From Eutreptiella sp. 'Long Island Sound 2002' (Eukaryota; Protista; Euglenida): 64,000 nucleotides of DNA. How positions within the stretch are numbered: position 1 is the stretch's first letter; every line of letters begins with the position of its first letter. The stretch is from positions 39,184,001 through 39,248,000 of the forward strand of contig OZ038379.1 of the NCBI GenBank assembly GCA_964036045.1, in the 5' to 3' direction. The notes beneath the pieces are model-generated. The model did no database searches. It was given only the letters and a program-made list of their open reading frames with translations, and was not told the origin of the DNA. The position numbers and the translations under genes were made by a program. Shown here one piece after another: positions 34,201-49,200 of this stretch.

Positions 34201-37200
34201 TAGAATAATCCGTTCCAAAGTTCTTCTTGTACCATTTGGGTTGCTCAAACAGCTAGTTTGAGGATACTTGGATCCCTTTTTCACCCTTGGCGGCTTACCA
34301 AACCTTCACAAAATCAACATGAAATGAAAAAGGCCTTTACGGAACAAAATTACCATTGGAACCATGGCTTTTTGAAAAACGTGATCCAATGCCCTTTGGG
34401 ATGCTACAATAAAATGCCGATTCACAAATGACTGTGCTTTCTTGTCTTTCTAATACGTGGATACATTGTTTGGTGCGAAAACACCATGCAATGTACATCG
34501 TGCCAAGTGGTGATTCGGGTGATGAATGTGCAATGTCTAGGAAGCATAATGCACAACGCACAGAGGGTGCAATGCACAAAGTGCATAGCTTGCAACACAC
34601 ACCAGCAAGGATGCATAGTGCGGATGTGTTTCATCTTTGGTAAGAAATGAACCCGATGTCTCTTACTCTGAGGGTGAATCAAACACAACATGGATATTGC
34701 GCACTCTGCGCACTATGCACATGGTACACATTGCAATGCAAACTCTTTGCGGTGTGCAGTCCGTGCAACCCATAACACCCCAACTACTGGCACACAACTG
34801 CCACTTCAACACAACTACGTTGGCGGCTGGGTTGTGCCATTCCACCACTAATTTGTCCATCACCCATGCCATTTGTTGCTCAATATTCATGCGATTTCGT
34901 ACTCCTCTGTATCAGCCACCAACATTGTGTACTAAGTAACACAACCTTGCAGTCTTTTCCTCTTTTGTGGAATCTGCGGGTGGGGGTGCTACACCATGGT
35001 GTCCCCAATCGGACATCCATCATGGGGCTAGGCTCTGCAGCTTGCGGTCTTCTTCTTGGTTGCCATGGACCATTCGGCTTTCGTCAAGATTCCTTGCAAA
35101 TTGTACTCTCTACTTGTCCCTTATTGATTTGGACTTGCTCCTCAACTGCAGGTCGTTGTGCCTAAAACCTAACTACACCCAAACAACCATTAGCACAATG
35201 TCCCTGAAACCTGTTGCACGGCATTGTCATGCTGGGCCCAAAAAGGAGGTTTTGTGGTCATAGTTTGGATTTCTTTTTGGACCTTCCGTTCTTCGTTTTG
35301 GCTGCTCTAACGAGGGGCACTTGGCAGGGGCTTACGTAATTTTCTTACCAAGTGATTCAAGGAGTGTGCCACTTGTACTCAAACAACGGTGCACAACACG
35401 GGGAGGGGTTTCAACCATTGTTGCCTTGCAGACCCTTTTGGTGATGGATATTCATCAATCGGAACAACAACTTTGTGTATGTACACCCTTCAAAGCCCCA
35501 TTCACATGAGGGGTGGCGCCAATTGGTACTGCTAGGATAGGGTTACCAAGGGTCACCACCTATGGGTCAATAATTGTGTCTAGAATGATCCGTTCCAAAG
35601 TTCTTCTTGTACCATTTGGGTTGCTCAAACAACTAGTTTGAGGATACTTGGATCCCTTTTTCACCCTTGGCGGCTTACCAAACCTTCACAAAATCAACAT
35701 GAAATGAAAAAGGGCGTTTACGGAACAAAATTACCATTGGAAACATGGCTTTTTGAAAAATGTGATCCAATGCCCTTTGGGATGCTACAACGAAATGCCG
35801 ATTCGCAAATGACTGTCCGTTTCTTGTCTTTCTAATAGGTGGATACATTGTTTGGTGCGAAAACACCATGCAGTGTACATCGTGCCAAGTGGTGATTCGG
35901 GTGATGAGTGTGCAATGTCTAGCACACAAGATGCACAACACACAGAGGAAGTGCATAGCTTGCAACACACACCACCAAGGATGCATAGTGCGGATGTGTT
36001 TAATCTTTGGTAAGAAATGAAGCCGATGCCTCTTACTCTGAGGGTGAATCAAACAGAACATGGATATTGCGCACTCTGCACACTATGCACATGGTACACA
36101 TTGCAATGCAATCTCTTTGCGGTGTGCACTCCGAGCAACCCATAACACCCCAACTACTGGCACACAACTGCCATTTCAACACAACTACGTTGGCGGGTGG
36201 GTTTTGCCATTCCACCACTAATTTGTCCATCACACGTGCCGTTTGTTGCTCAATATTCATGCGATTTCATACTCTTCTGTATCAGCCAACAACATTGTGT
36301 ACTAAGTAACACAACCTTGCAGTCTTTTCCTCTTTTGTGGAATTTGCGGGTGGGGGTGCTACACCATGGTGTCCCCAATCGGACATCCATCCTGGGGCTA
36401 GGCTCTGCAGCTTGCGGTCTTCTTCTTGGTTGCCATGGACCATCCGGCGTTTGTCATGATTCCTTGCAAATTGTACTCTCTACATGTCCCTTATTGGTTT
36501 GGACTTGCTCCTCAACTTCAGGTCGTTGTGCCTAAAACCTACCTACACCCAAACAACCAATAGCACAATGTCCGTGAAACCTGTTGCACGGCATCGTCAA
36601 GCTGGACCCAAAACGGAGATTTTGTTGTCATAGTTTGGGTTTCTTTTTGGACCTTCCGTTCTTCGTTTTGGCTGCTCTAACAAGGGGCACTTGGCGGAGG
36701 CTTACGTAATTTTCTTACCAAGTGATTCAAGGAGTGTGCCACTTGTACTCAAACAACGGTGCACTACACGGGGAGGGGTTTCAAGCATTGTTGCCTTGCA
36801 GACCCTTTTGGTGATGGATATTCATCAATCGGAACAACAACTTTGTGTTTGTACACGCTTCAAAGCCCCATTCACATGAGGGGTGGCGCAAATTGGTACT
36901 GCTGGGATAGGGTTACCAAGGGTCACCACCTATGGGTCAATAATTGTGTCTAGAATGATCCGTTCCAAAGTTCTTCTTGTACCATTTGGGTTGCTCAAAC
37001 AACTAGTTTTAGGATACTTGGATCGCTTTTTCACCCTTGGCGGCTTACCAAACCTTCACAAAAACAACATGAAATGAAAAAGGGCCTTTAAGGAACAAAA
37101 TTACCATTGGAAACATGGCTTTTTGAAAGATGTGATCCAATGCCCTCTGGGATGCTACAACAAAATGCCGATTCACCAATGAAGGTCCGTTTCTTGTCTT

Positions 37201-40200
37201 TCTAATAGGTGGATACATTGTTTGGTGCGAAAACACCATGCAATGTACACCGTGCCAAGTGGTGATTCGGGTGATGAGTGTGCAATGTCTAGGACATACA
37301 ATGCACAACGCACGGAGGGTGCAATGCACAAAGTGCACAGCTTGCAACACACACCACCAAGGATGCATAGTGCGGATGTGTTTCATTTTTGGTAAGAAAT
37401 GAAGCCGATGTCTCTTACTCTGAGGGTGAATCAAACACAACATGGATATTGCGCACTCTGCACACTATGCACATGGTACACATTGCAATGCAGACTCTTT
37501 GCGATGTGCACTTCATGCAACCCACAACACCCCAACTACCGGCACACAACTGCCATTTCGACAAAACTACGTTGGTGGGTGGGTTGTGCCATTCTACCAC
37601 TAATTTGTCCATCACGTGTGCCATTTGTTGCTCAATATTCATGCGATTTTGTACTCCTCTGTATCAGCCACCATCATTGTGTACTAAGTAACACAACCTT
37701 GCAGTCTTTTCCTCTTTTGTGGAATCTGCGGGTGGGGGTGCTACACCATGGTGTCCCCAATCGGACATCCATCATGGGGCTAGGCTCTGCAGCTTGCGGT
37801 CTTCTTCTTGGTTGCCATGGACCATCCGGCTTTCGTCAAGATTCCTTGCCTATTCTGCTCTCTATGTGTACCTTATTGATTTGGACTTGCTCCTCAACTT
37901 CAGGTCGTTGTGCCCAAAACCTACCTACACCCAAACAACCAATAGCACAATGTCCCTGAAACCTGTTGCACGCCATTGTCATCCTGGGCCCAAAAACGAG
38001 ATGTTGCGGTCATAGTTTGGATTTCTTTTTGGACCTTCCGTTCTTCGTTTTGGCTGCTCTAACAAGGGGCACTTGGCGGAGGCTTAAGTAATTTTCTTAC
38101 CAAGTGATTCAAGGAGTGTGCCACTTGTACTCAAACAACGGTGCACTACACGGGGAGGGGTTTCAACCATTGTTGCCTTGCACACCCTTTTGGTGATGGA
38201 TATTCATCAATCGGAACAACAACTTTGTGTTTGTACACCCTTCAAGGCCCCATTCACATGAGGGGTGGCGCGAATCGGTACTGCTAGGATAGGGTTACCA
38301 AGGGTCACCACCTATGGGTCAATAATTGTGTGTAGAATGATCCGTTCCAAAGTTCCTCTTGTACCATTTGGGTTGCTCAAACAACTAGTTTTAGGATACT
38401 TGGATCGCTTTTTCACCCTTGGCGGCTTACCAAACCTTCACAAAAACAACATGAAATGAAAAAGGGCCTTTAAGGAACAAAATTACCATTGGAAACATGG
38501 CTTTTTGAAAAATGTGATCCAATGCCCTTTGAGATGCTACAACAAAATGCCGATTCACCAATGAAGGTCCGTTTCTTGTCTTTCTAATAGGTGGATACAT
38601 TGTTTGGTGCGAAAAACACCATGCAATGTACACCGTGCCAAGTGGTGATTCGGGTGATGAGTGTGCAATGTCTAGGACATACAATGCACAACGCACAGAG
38701 GGTGCACTGCACAAAGTGCACAGCTTGCAACACACACCACCAAGGATGCATAGTGCGGATGTGTTTAATTTTTGGTAAGAAATGAAGCCGATGTCTCTTA
38801 CTCTGAGGGTGAATCAAACACCACATGGATATTGCGCACTCTGCGCACTACACACATGGTACACATTGCAATGCAGACTCTTTGCGATGTGCACTCCATG
38901 CAACCCACAACATACCAACTACTCGCAACCAACTGCCATTTCGACAAAACTACGTTGGTGGGTGGGTTGTGCCATTCTACCACTAATTTGTCCATCACGT
39001 GTGCCATTTGTTGCTCAATATTCATGCGATTTCGTACTCCTTTGTATCAGCCAACAACATTGTGTACTAAGTAACACAACCTTGCAGTCTTTTCCTCTTT
39101 TGTGGAATCTGCGGGTGGGGGTGCTACACCATGGTGTCCCCAATCGGACATCCATCATGGGGCTAGGCTCTGCAGCTTGCGGTCTTCTTCTTGGTTGCCA
39201 TGGACCATCCGGCTTTCGTCAAGATTCCTTGCCAATTATGCTCTCTATGTGTCCCTCATTGATTTGGACTTGCTCCTCAACTTCAGGTCGTTGTGCCTAA
39301 AACCTACCTACACCCAAACAACCAATAGCACAATGTCCGTGAAACCTGTTGCACGGGATCGTCCAGCTGGACCCAAAACGGAGATTTTGTTGTCATAGTT
39401 TGGGTTTGTTTTTGGACCTTCCGTTCTTTGTTTTGGCTGCTCTAACGAGGGGCACTTGGAGGAGGCTTACGTAATTTTCTTACCAAGTGATTCAAGGAGT
39501 GTGCCACTTGTACTCAAACAATGGTGCACTACACGGGGAGGGGTTTCAAGCATTGTTGCCTTGGAGACCCTTTTGGTGATGGATATTCATCAATCGGAAC
39601 AACAACTTTGTGTTTGTACACCCTTCAAAGCCCCATTCACATGAGGGGTGGCGCAAATTGGTACTGCTAGGATAGGTTTACCAAGGGTCACCACCTATGG
39701 GTCAATAATTGTGTCTAGAATGATCCGTTCCAAAGTTCTTCTTGTACCATTTGGGTTGCTCAAACAACTAGTTTGAGGATACTCGGATCCCTTTTTCACC
39801 CTTGGCGGCTTACCAAACCTTCACAAAAACAACATGAAATGAAAAAGGGCCTTTAAGGAACAAAATTACCATTGGAAACATGGCTTTTTGAAAAATGTGA
39901 TCCAATGCCCTTTGGGATGCTACAACAAAATGCCGATTCACCAATGAAGGTCCGTTTCTTGTCTTTCTAATAGGTGGATACATTGTTTGGTGCGAAAACA
40001 CCATGCAATGTACACCGTGCCAAGTGGTGATTCGGGTGATGAGTGTGCAATGTCTAGGACATACAATGCACAACGCATGGAGGGTGCAATGCACAAAGTG
40101 CACAGCTTGCAACACACACCACCAAGGATGCATAGTGCGGATGTGTTTAATTTTTGGTAAGAAATGAAGCCGATGTCTCTTACTCTGAGGGTGAATCAAA

Positions 40201-43200
40201 CACAACATGGATATTGCGCACTCTGAACACTATGCACATGGTACACATTGCAATGCAGACTCTTTGCGATGTGCACTTCATGCAACCCACAACACCCCAA
40301 CTACTCGCAGCCAACTGCCATTTCAACACAACTACGTTGGTGGGTGGGTTGTGCCATTCTACCACTAATTTGTCCATCACGTGTGCCATTTGTTGCTCAA
40401 TATTCATGCGATTTTGTACTCCTCTGTATCAGCCAACAACATTGTGTACTAAGTAACACAACCTTGCAGTCTTTTCCTCTTTTGTGGAATCTGCGGGTGG
40501 GGGTGCTACACCATGGTGTCCCCAATCGGACATCCATCCTGGGGCTAGGCTCTGCAGCTTGCGGTCTTCTTCTTGGTTGCCATGGACCATCCGGCTTTCG
40601 TCAAGATTCCTTGCCAATTCTGCTCTCTATGTGTACCTTATTGATTTGGACTTGCTCCTCAACTTCAGGTCGTTGTGCCTAAAACCTACCTACACCCAAA
40701 CAACCAATAGCACAATGTCCGTGAAACCTGTTGCACGCCATTGTCATCCGGGGCCCAAAAACGAGATGTTGCGGTCATAGTTTGGATTTCTTTTTGGACC
40801 TTCGGTTCTTCGTTTTGGCTGCTCTAACAAGGGGCACTTGGTGGAGGCTTAAGTAATTTTCTTACCAAGTGATTCAAGGAGTGTGCCACTTGTACTCAAA
40901 CAACGGTGCACTACACGGGGAGGGGTTTCAACCATTGTTGCCTTGCACACCCTTTTGGTGATGGATATTCATCAATCGGAACAACAACTTTGTGTATGTT
41001 CACCCTTCAAGGCCCCATTCACATGAGGGGTGGCGCGAATCGGTACTGCTAGGATAGGGTTACCAAGGGTCACCACCTATGGGTCAATAATTGTGTCTAG
41101 AATGATCCGTTCCAAAGTTCCTCTTGTACCATTTGGGTTGCTCAAACAACTAGTTTGAGGATACTTGGATCCCTTTTTCACCCTTGGCCGCTTACCAAAC
41201 CTTCACAAAAACAACATGAAATGAAAAAGGGCCTTTAAGGAACAAAATTACCATTGGAAACATGGCTTTTTGAAAAATGTGATCCAATGCCCTTTGAGAT
41301 GCTACAACAAAATGCCGATTCACCAATGAAGGTCCGTTTCTTGTCTTTCTAATAGGTGGATACATTGTTTGGTGCGAAAACACCATGCAATGTACACCGT
41401 GCCAAGTGGTGATTCGGGTGATGAGTGTGCAATGTCTAGGACATACAATGCACAACGCACACAGGGTGCACTGCACAAAGTGCACAGCTTGCAACACACA
41501 CCACCAAGGATGCATAGTGCGGATGTGTTTAATTTTTGGTAAGAAATGAAGCCGATGCCTCTTACTCTGAGGGTGAATCAAACACCACATGGATATTGCG
41601 CACTCTGCGCACTACACACATGGTACACATTGCAATGCAGACTCTTTGCGATGTGCACTCCATGCAACCCACAACACCCCAACTACTCGCAACCAACTGC
41701 CATTTCGACAAAACTACGTTGGTGGGTGGGTTGTGCCATTCTACCACTAATTTGTCCATCACGTGTGCCATTTGTTGCTCAATATTCATGCGATTTCGTA
41801 CTCCTCTGTATCAGCCACCAACATTGTGTACCAAGTAACACAACCTTGCAGTCTTTTCCTCTTTTGTGGAATCTGCGGGTGGGGGTGCTACACCATGGTG
41901 TCCCCAATCGGACATCCATCATGGGGCTAGGCTCTGCAGCTTGCGGTCTTCTTCTTGGTTGCCATGGACCATCCGGGTGTCGTCAGGATTCCTTGCCAAT
42001 TCTACTCTCTATGTGTCCCTCATTGATTTGGACTTGCTCCTCAACTTCAGGTCGTTGTGCCTAAAACCTACCTACACCCAAACAACCAATAGCACAATGT
42101 CCTTGAAACCTGTTGCACGGCATCGTCAAGCTGGACCCAAAACGGAGATTTTGTTGTCATAGTTTGGGTTCCTTTTTGGACCTTCCGTTCTTCGTTTTGG
42201 CTGCTCTAACGAGGGGCACTTGGAGGAGGCTTACGTAATTTTCTTACCAAGTGATTCAAGGAGTGTGCCACTTGTACTCAAACAATGGTGCACTACACGG
42301 GGAGGGGTTTCAAGCATTGTTGCCTTGCAGACCCTTTTGGTGATGGATATTCATCAATCGGAACAACAACTTTGTGTTTGTACACCCTTCAAAGCCCCAT
42401 TCACATGAGGGGTGGCGCAAATTGGTACTGCTAGGATAGGTTTACCAAGGGTCACCACCTATGGGTCAATAATTGTGTCTAGAATGATCCGTTCCAAAGT
42501 TCTTCTTGTACCATTTGGGTTGCTCAAACAACTAGTTTGCGGATACTTGGATCCCTTTTTCACCCTTGGCGGCTTACCAAACCTTCACAAAAACAACATG
42601 AAATGAAAAAGGGCCTTTAAGGAACAAAATTACCATTGGAAACATGGCTTTTTGAAAAATGTGATCCAATGCCCTTTGGGATGCTACAACAAATTGCCGA
42701 TTCACAAATGAAGGTCTGTTTCTTGTCTTTCTAATACGTGGATACATTGTTCGGTGCGAAAACACCATGCAATGTACACCGTGCCAAGTGGTGATTCGGG
42801 TGATGAGTGTGCAATGTCTAGGACACACAATGCACAACGCACAGAGGGTGCAATGCACAAAGTGCACAGCTTGCAACACACACCACCAAGGATGCATAGT
42901 GCGGATGTGTTTAATCTTTGGTAAGAAATCAAGCCGATGCCTCTTACTCTGAGGGTGAATCAAACAAAACATGGATATTGCGCACTCTGCACACTATGCA
43001 CATGGTACACATTGCAATGCAATCTCTTTGCGGTGTGCACTCCGTGCAACCCATAACACCCCAACTACTGGCACACAACTGCCATTTCAACACAACTACG
43101 TTGGCGGGTGGGTTTTGCCATTCCACCACTACTTTGTCCATCACACGTGCCATTTGTTGCTCAATATTCATGCGATTTCATACTCTTCTGTATCAGCCAA

Positions 43201-46200
43201 CAACATTGTGTACTAAGTAACACAACCTTGCAGTCTTTTCCTCTTTTGTGGAATCTGCGGGTGGGGGTGCTACACCATGGTGTCCCCAATCGGACATCCA
43301 TCATGGGGCTAGGCTCTGCAGCTTGCGGTCTTCTTCTTGGTTGCCATGGACCATCCGGCTTTCGTCAAGATTCCTCGCCAATTCTGCTCTCTATGTGTCC
43401 CTTATTGATTTGGACTTGCTCCTCAACTTGAGGTCGTTGTGCCTAAAACCTACCTACACCCAAACAACCAATAGCACAATGTCCCTGAAACCTGTTGCAC
43501 GCCATTGTCATCCTGGACCCAAAACGGAGATTTTGTTGTCATAGTTTGGGTTTGTTTTTGGACCTTCCGTTCTTCGTTTTGGCTGCTCTAACGAGGGGCA
43601 CTTGGAGGAGGCTTAAGTAATTTTCTTACCAAGTGATTCAAGGAGTGTGCCACTTGTACTCAAACAATGGTGCACTACACGGGGAGGGGTTTCAAGCATT
43701 GTTGCCTTGCAGACCCTTTTGGTGATGGATATTCATCAATCGGAACAACAACTTTGTGTTTGTACACCCTTCAAGGCCCCATTCACATGAGGGGTGGCGC
43801 GAATCGGTACTGCTAGGATAGGGTTACCAAGGGTCACCACCAATGGGTCAATAATTGTGTCTAGAATGATCCGTTCCAAAGTTCTTCTTGTACCATTTGG
43901 GTTGCTCAAAAAACTAGTTTGAGGATACTTGGATCGCTTTTTCACCCTTGGCGGCTTACCAAACCTTCACAAAAACAACATGAAATGAAAAAGGGCCTTT
44001 AAGGAACAAAATTACCATTGGAAACATGGCTTTTTGAAAAATGTGATCCAATGCCCTTTGGGATGCTACAACAAAATGCCGATTCACAAATGAGGGTCCG
44101 TTTCTTGTCTTTCTAATAGGTGGATACATTGTTTGGTGCGAAAAACACCATGCAATGTACATCGTGCCAAGTGGTGATTCGGGTGATGAGTGTGCAATGT
44201 CTAGGACACACAATGCACAACGCACAGAGGGTGCAATGCACAAAGTGCACAGCTTGCAACACACACCACCAAGGATGTATAGTGCGGATGTGTTTAATCT
44301 TTGGTAAGAAATCAAGCCGATGCCTCTTACTCTGAGGGTGAATCAAACAGAACATGGATATTGCGCACTCTGCACACTATGCACATGGTACACATTGCAA
44401 TGCAATCTCTTTGCGGTGTGCACTCCGTGCAACCCATAACACCCCAACTACTGGCACACAACTGCCATTTCAACACAACTACGTTGGCGGGTGGGTTTTG
44501 CCATTCCACCACTAATTTGTCCATCACACGTGCCATTTGTTGCTCAATATTCATGCGATTTCATACTCTTCTGTATCAGCCAACAACATTGTGTACTAAG
44601 TAACACAACCTTGCAGTCTTTTCCTCTTTTGTGGAATCTGCGGGTGGGCGTGCTACACCATGGTGTCCCCAATCGGACATCCATCCTGGGGCTAGGCTCT
44701 GCAGCTTGCGGTTTTCTTCTTGGTTGCCATGGACCATCCGGCTTTCGTCAAGATTCCTTGCCAATTCTACTCTCTACATGTCCCTTATTGATTTGGACTT
44801 GCTCCTCAACTTTCAGGTCGTTGTGCCTAAAACCTACCTACACCCAAACAACCAATAGCACAATGTCCGTGAAACCTGTTGCACGGCATCGTCAAGCTGG
44901 ACCCAAAACGGAGATTTTGTTGTCATAGTTTGGGTTTGTTTTTGGACCTTCCGTTCTTCGTTTTGGCTGCTCTAACGAGGGGCACTTGGAGGAGGCTTAC
45001 GTAATTTTCTTACCAAGTGATTCAAGGAGTGTGCCACTTGTACTCAAACAATGGTGCACTACACGGGGAGGGGTTTCAACCATTGTTGCCTTGCAGACCC
45101 TTTTGGTGATGGATATTCATCAATCGGAACAACAACTTTGTGTTTGTACACGCTTCAAAGCCCCATTCACATGAGGGGTGGCGCAAATTGGTACTGCTAG
45201 GATAGGGTTACCAAGGGTCACCACCTATGGGTCAATAATTGTGTCTAGAATGATCCGTTCCAAAGTTCTTCTTGTACCATTTGGGTTGCTCAAACAACTA
45301 GTTCGAGGATACTTGGATCCCTTTTTCACCCTTGGCGGCTTACCAAACCTTCACAAAAACAACATGAAATGAAAAAGGGCCTTTAAGGAACAAAATTACC
45401 ATTGGAAACATGGCTTTTTGAAAGATGTGATCCAATGCCCTCTGGGATGCTACAACAAAATGCCGATTCACCAAAGAAGGTCCGTTTCTTGTCTTTCTAA
45501 TAGGTGGATACATTGTTTGGTGCGAAAAACACCATGCAATGTACATCGTGCCAAGTGGTGATTCGGGTGATGAGTGTGCAATGTCTAGGACACACAATGC
45601 ACAACGCACAGAGGGTGCAATGCACAAAGCGCACAGCTTGCAACACACACCACCAAGGATGCATAGTGCGGATGTGTTTAATCTTTGGTAAGAAATCAAG
45701 CCGATGCCTCTTACTCTGAGGGTGAATCAAACAGAACATGGATATTGCGCACTCTGCACACTATGCACATGGTACACATTGCAATGCAATCTCTTTGCGA
45801 TGTGCACTCCGTGCAACCCATAACACCTCAACTACCGGCACACAACTGCCATTTCAACACAACTACGTTGGCGGGTGGGTTTTGCCATTCCACCACTAAT
45901 TTGTCTATCATATTCATGCAATTTCATACTCTTCTGTATCAGCCTACAACATTGTGTACTAAGTAACACAACCTTGCAGTCTTTTCCTCTTTTGTGGAAT
46001 TTGCGGGTGGGGGTGCTACACCATGGTGTCCCCAATCGGACATCCATCATGGGGCTAGGCTCTGCAGCTTGCGGTTTTCTTCTTGGTTGCCATGGACCAT
46101 CCGGCTTTCGTCATGATTCCTTGCCAATTCTACTCTCTACATGTCCCTTATTGATTTGGACTTGCTCCTCAACTTCAGGTCGTTGTGCCTAAAACCTACC

Positions 46201-49200
46201 TACACCCAAACAACCAATAGCACAATGTCCGTGAAACCTGTTGCACGGCATCGGCAAGCTGGACCCAAAACGGAGATTTTGTTGTCATAGTTTGGGTTTG
46301 TTTTTGGACCTTCCGTTCTTCGTTTTGGCTGCTCTAACGAGGGGCACTTGGAGGAGGCTTACGTAATTTTCTTACCAAGTGATTCAAGGAGTGTGCCACT
46401 TGTACTCAAACAATGGTGCACTACACGGGGAGGGGTTTCAAGCATTGTTGCCTTGCAGACCGTTTTGGTGATGGATATTCATCAATCGGAACAACAACTT
46501 TGTGTTTGTACACGCTTCAAAGCCCCATTCACATGAGGGGTGGCGCAAATTGGTACTGCTAGGATAGGGTTACCAAGGGTCACCACCTATGGGTCAATAA
46601 TTGTGTCTAGAATGATCCGTTCCAGAGTTCTTCTTGTACCATTTGGGTTGCTCAAACAACTAGTTCGAGGATACTTGGATCCCTTTTTCACCCTTGGCGG
46701 CTTACCAAACCTTCACAAAAACAACATGAAATGAAAAAGGGCCTTTAAGGAACAAAATTACCATTGGAAACATGGCTTTTTGAAAAATGTGATCCAATGC
46801 CCTTTGGGATGCTACAACAAAATGCCAATTCACAAATGAAGGTCCGTTTCTTGTCTTTCTAATAGGTGGATACATTGTTTGGTGCGAAAAACACCATGCA
46901 ATGTACACCGTGCCAAGTGGTGATTCGGGTGATGAGTGTGCAATGTCTAGGACACACAATGCACAACGCACAGAGGGTGCAATGCACAAAGTGCACAGCT
47001 TGCAACACACACCACCAAGGATGCATAGTGCGGATGTGTTTAATCTTCGGTAAGAAATCAAGCCGATGCCTCTTACTCTGAGGGTGAATCAAACAGAACA
47101 TGGATATTGCGCACTCTGCACACTATGCACATGGTACACATTGCAATGCAATCTCTTTGCGATGTGCACTCCGTGCAACCCATAACACCTCAACTACCGG
47201 CACACAACTGCCATTTCAACACAACTACGTTGGCGGGTGGGTTTTGCCATTCCACCACTAATTTGTCCATCATATTCATGCAATTTCATACTCTTCTGTA
47301 TCAGCCTACAACATTGTGTACTAAGTAACACAACCTTGCAGTCTTTTCCTCTTTTGTGGAATTTGCGGGTTGGCGTGCTACACCATGGTGTCCCCAATCG
47401 GACATCCATCATGGGGCTAGGCTCTGCAGCTTGCGGTCTTCTTCTTGGTTGCCATGGACCATCCGGCTTTCGTCATGATTCCTTGCCAATTCTACTCTCT
47501 ACATGTCCCTTATTGATTTGGACTTGCTCCTCAACTTCAGGTCGTTGTGCCTAAAACCTACCTACACCCAAACAACCAATAGCACAATGTCCGTGAAACC
47601 TGTTGCACGGCATCGTCAAGCTGGACCCAAAACGGAGATTTTGTTGTCATAGTTTGGGTTTCTTTTTGGACCTTCCGTTCTTCGTTTTGGCTGCTCTAAC
47701 GAGGGGCACTTGGTGGAGGCTTACGTAATTTTCTTACCAAGTGATTCAAGGAGTGTGCCACTTGTACTCAAACAACGGTGCACTACACGGGGAGGGGTTT
47801 CAAGCATTGTTGCCTTGCAGACCCTTTTGGTGATGGATATTCATCAATCGGAACAACAACTTTGTGTTTGTACACCCTTCAAAGCCCCATTCACATGAGG
47901 GGTGGCGCAAATTGGTACTGCTAGGATAGGGTTACCAAGGGTCACCACCTATGGGTCAATAATTGTGTCTAGAATGATCCGTTCCAAAGTTCTTCTTGTA
48001 CCATTTGGGTTGCTCAAAGGACTAGTTTGAGGATACTTGGATCCCTTTTTCACCCTTGGCAGCTTACCAAACCTTCACAAAAACAACATGAAATGAAAAA
48101 GGGCCTTTACGGAACAAAATTACCATTGGAAACATGGCTTTTTGAAAGATGTGATCCAATGCCCTCTGGGATGCTACAACAAAATGCCGATTCACCAATG
48201 AAGGTCCGTTTCTTGTCTTTCTAATAGGTGGATACATTGTTTGGTGCGAAAAACACCATGCAATGTACATCGTGCCAAGTGGTGATTCGGGTGATGAGTG
48301 TGCAATGTCTAGGACATACAATGCACAACGCACAGAGGGTGCACTGCACAAAGTGCACAGCTTGCAACACACACCACCAAGGATGCATAGTGCGGATGTG
48401 TTTAATTTTTGGTAAGAAATGAAGCCGATGTCTCTTACTCTGAGGGTGAATCAAACACCACATGGATATTGCGCACTCTGCGCACTACACACATGGTACA
48501 CATTGCAATGCAGACTCTTTGCGATGTGCACTCCATGCAACCCACAACACCCCAACTACTCACAACCAACTGCCATTTCAACACAACTACGTTGGTGGGT
48601 GGGTTGTGCCATTCTACCACTAATTTGTCCATCACGTGTGCCATTTGTTGCTCAATATTCATGCGATTTCGTACTCCTCTGTATCAGCCACCAACATTGT
48701 GTACCAAGTAACACAATCTTGCAGTCTTTTCCTCTTTTGTGGAATCTGCGGGTGGGGGTGCTACACCATGGTGTCCCCAATCGGACATCCATCATGGGGC
48801 TAGGCTTTGCAGCTTGCGGTCTTCTTCTTGGTTGCCATGGACCATCCGGCTGTCGTCAAGATTCCTTGCCAATTCTAGTCTCTATGTGTCCCTTATTGAT
48901 TTGGACTTGCTCCTCAACTTCAGGTCGTTGTGCCTAAAACCTACCTACACCCAAACAACCAATAGCACAATGTCCCTGAAACCTGTTGCACGGCATCGTC
49001 AAGCTGGACCCAAAACGGAGATTTTGTTGTCATAGTTTGGGTTTGTTTTTGGACCTTCCGTTCTTCGTTTTGGCTGCTCTAACGAGGGGCACTTGGAGGA
49101 GGCTTACGTAATTTTCTTACCAAGTGATTCAAGGAGTGTGCCACTTGTACTCAAACAATGGTGCACTACACGGGGAGGGGTTTCAAGCATTGTTGCCTTG

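Noticed and set aside
41068-41097. GHHLWVNNCV in every array unit resembles the DHHC palmitoyltransferase motif DHHCPWVNNCV
   Set aside because: It lacks D, C and P, the upstream Cys/His spacing and any transmembrane context. It lies within the frame that aligns with the transposase, so it is most likely coincidence.
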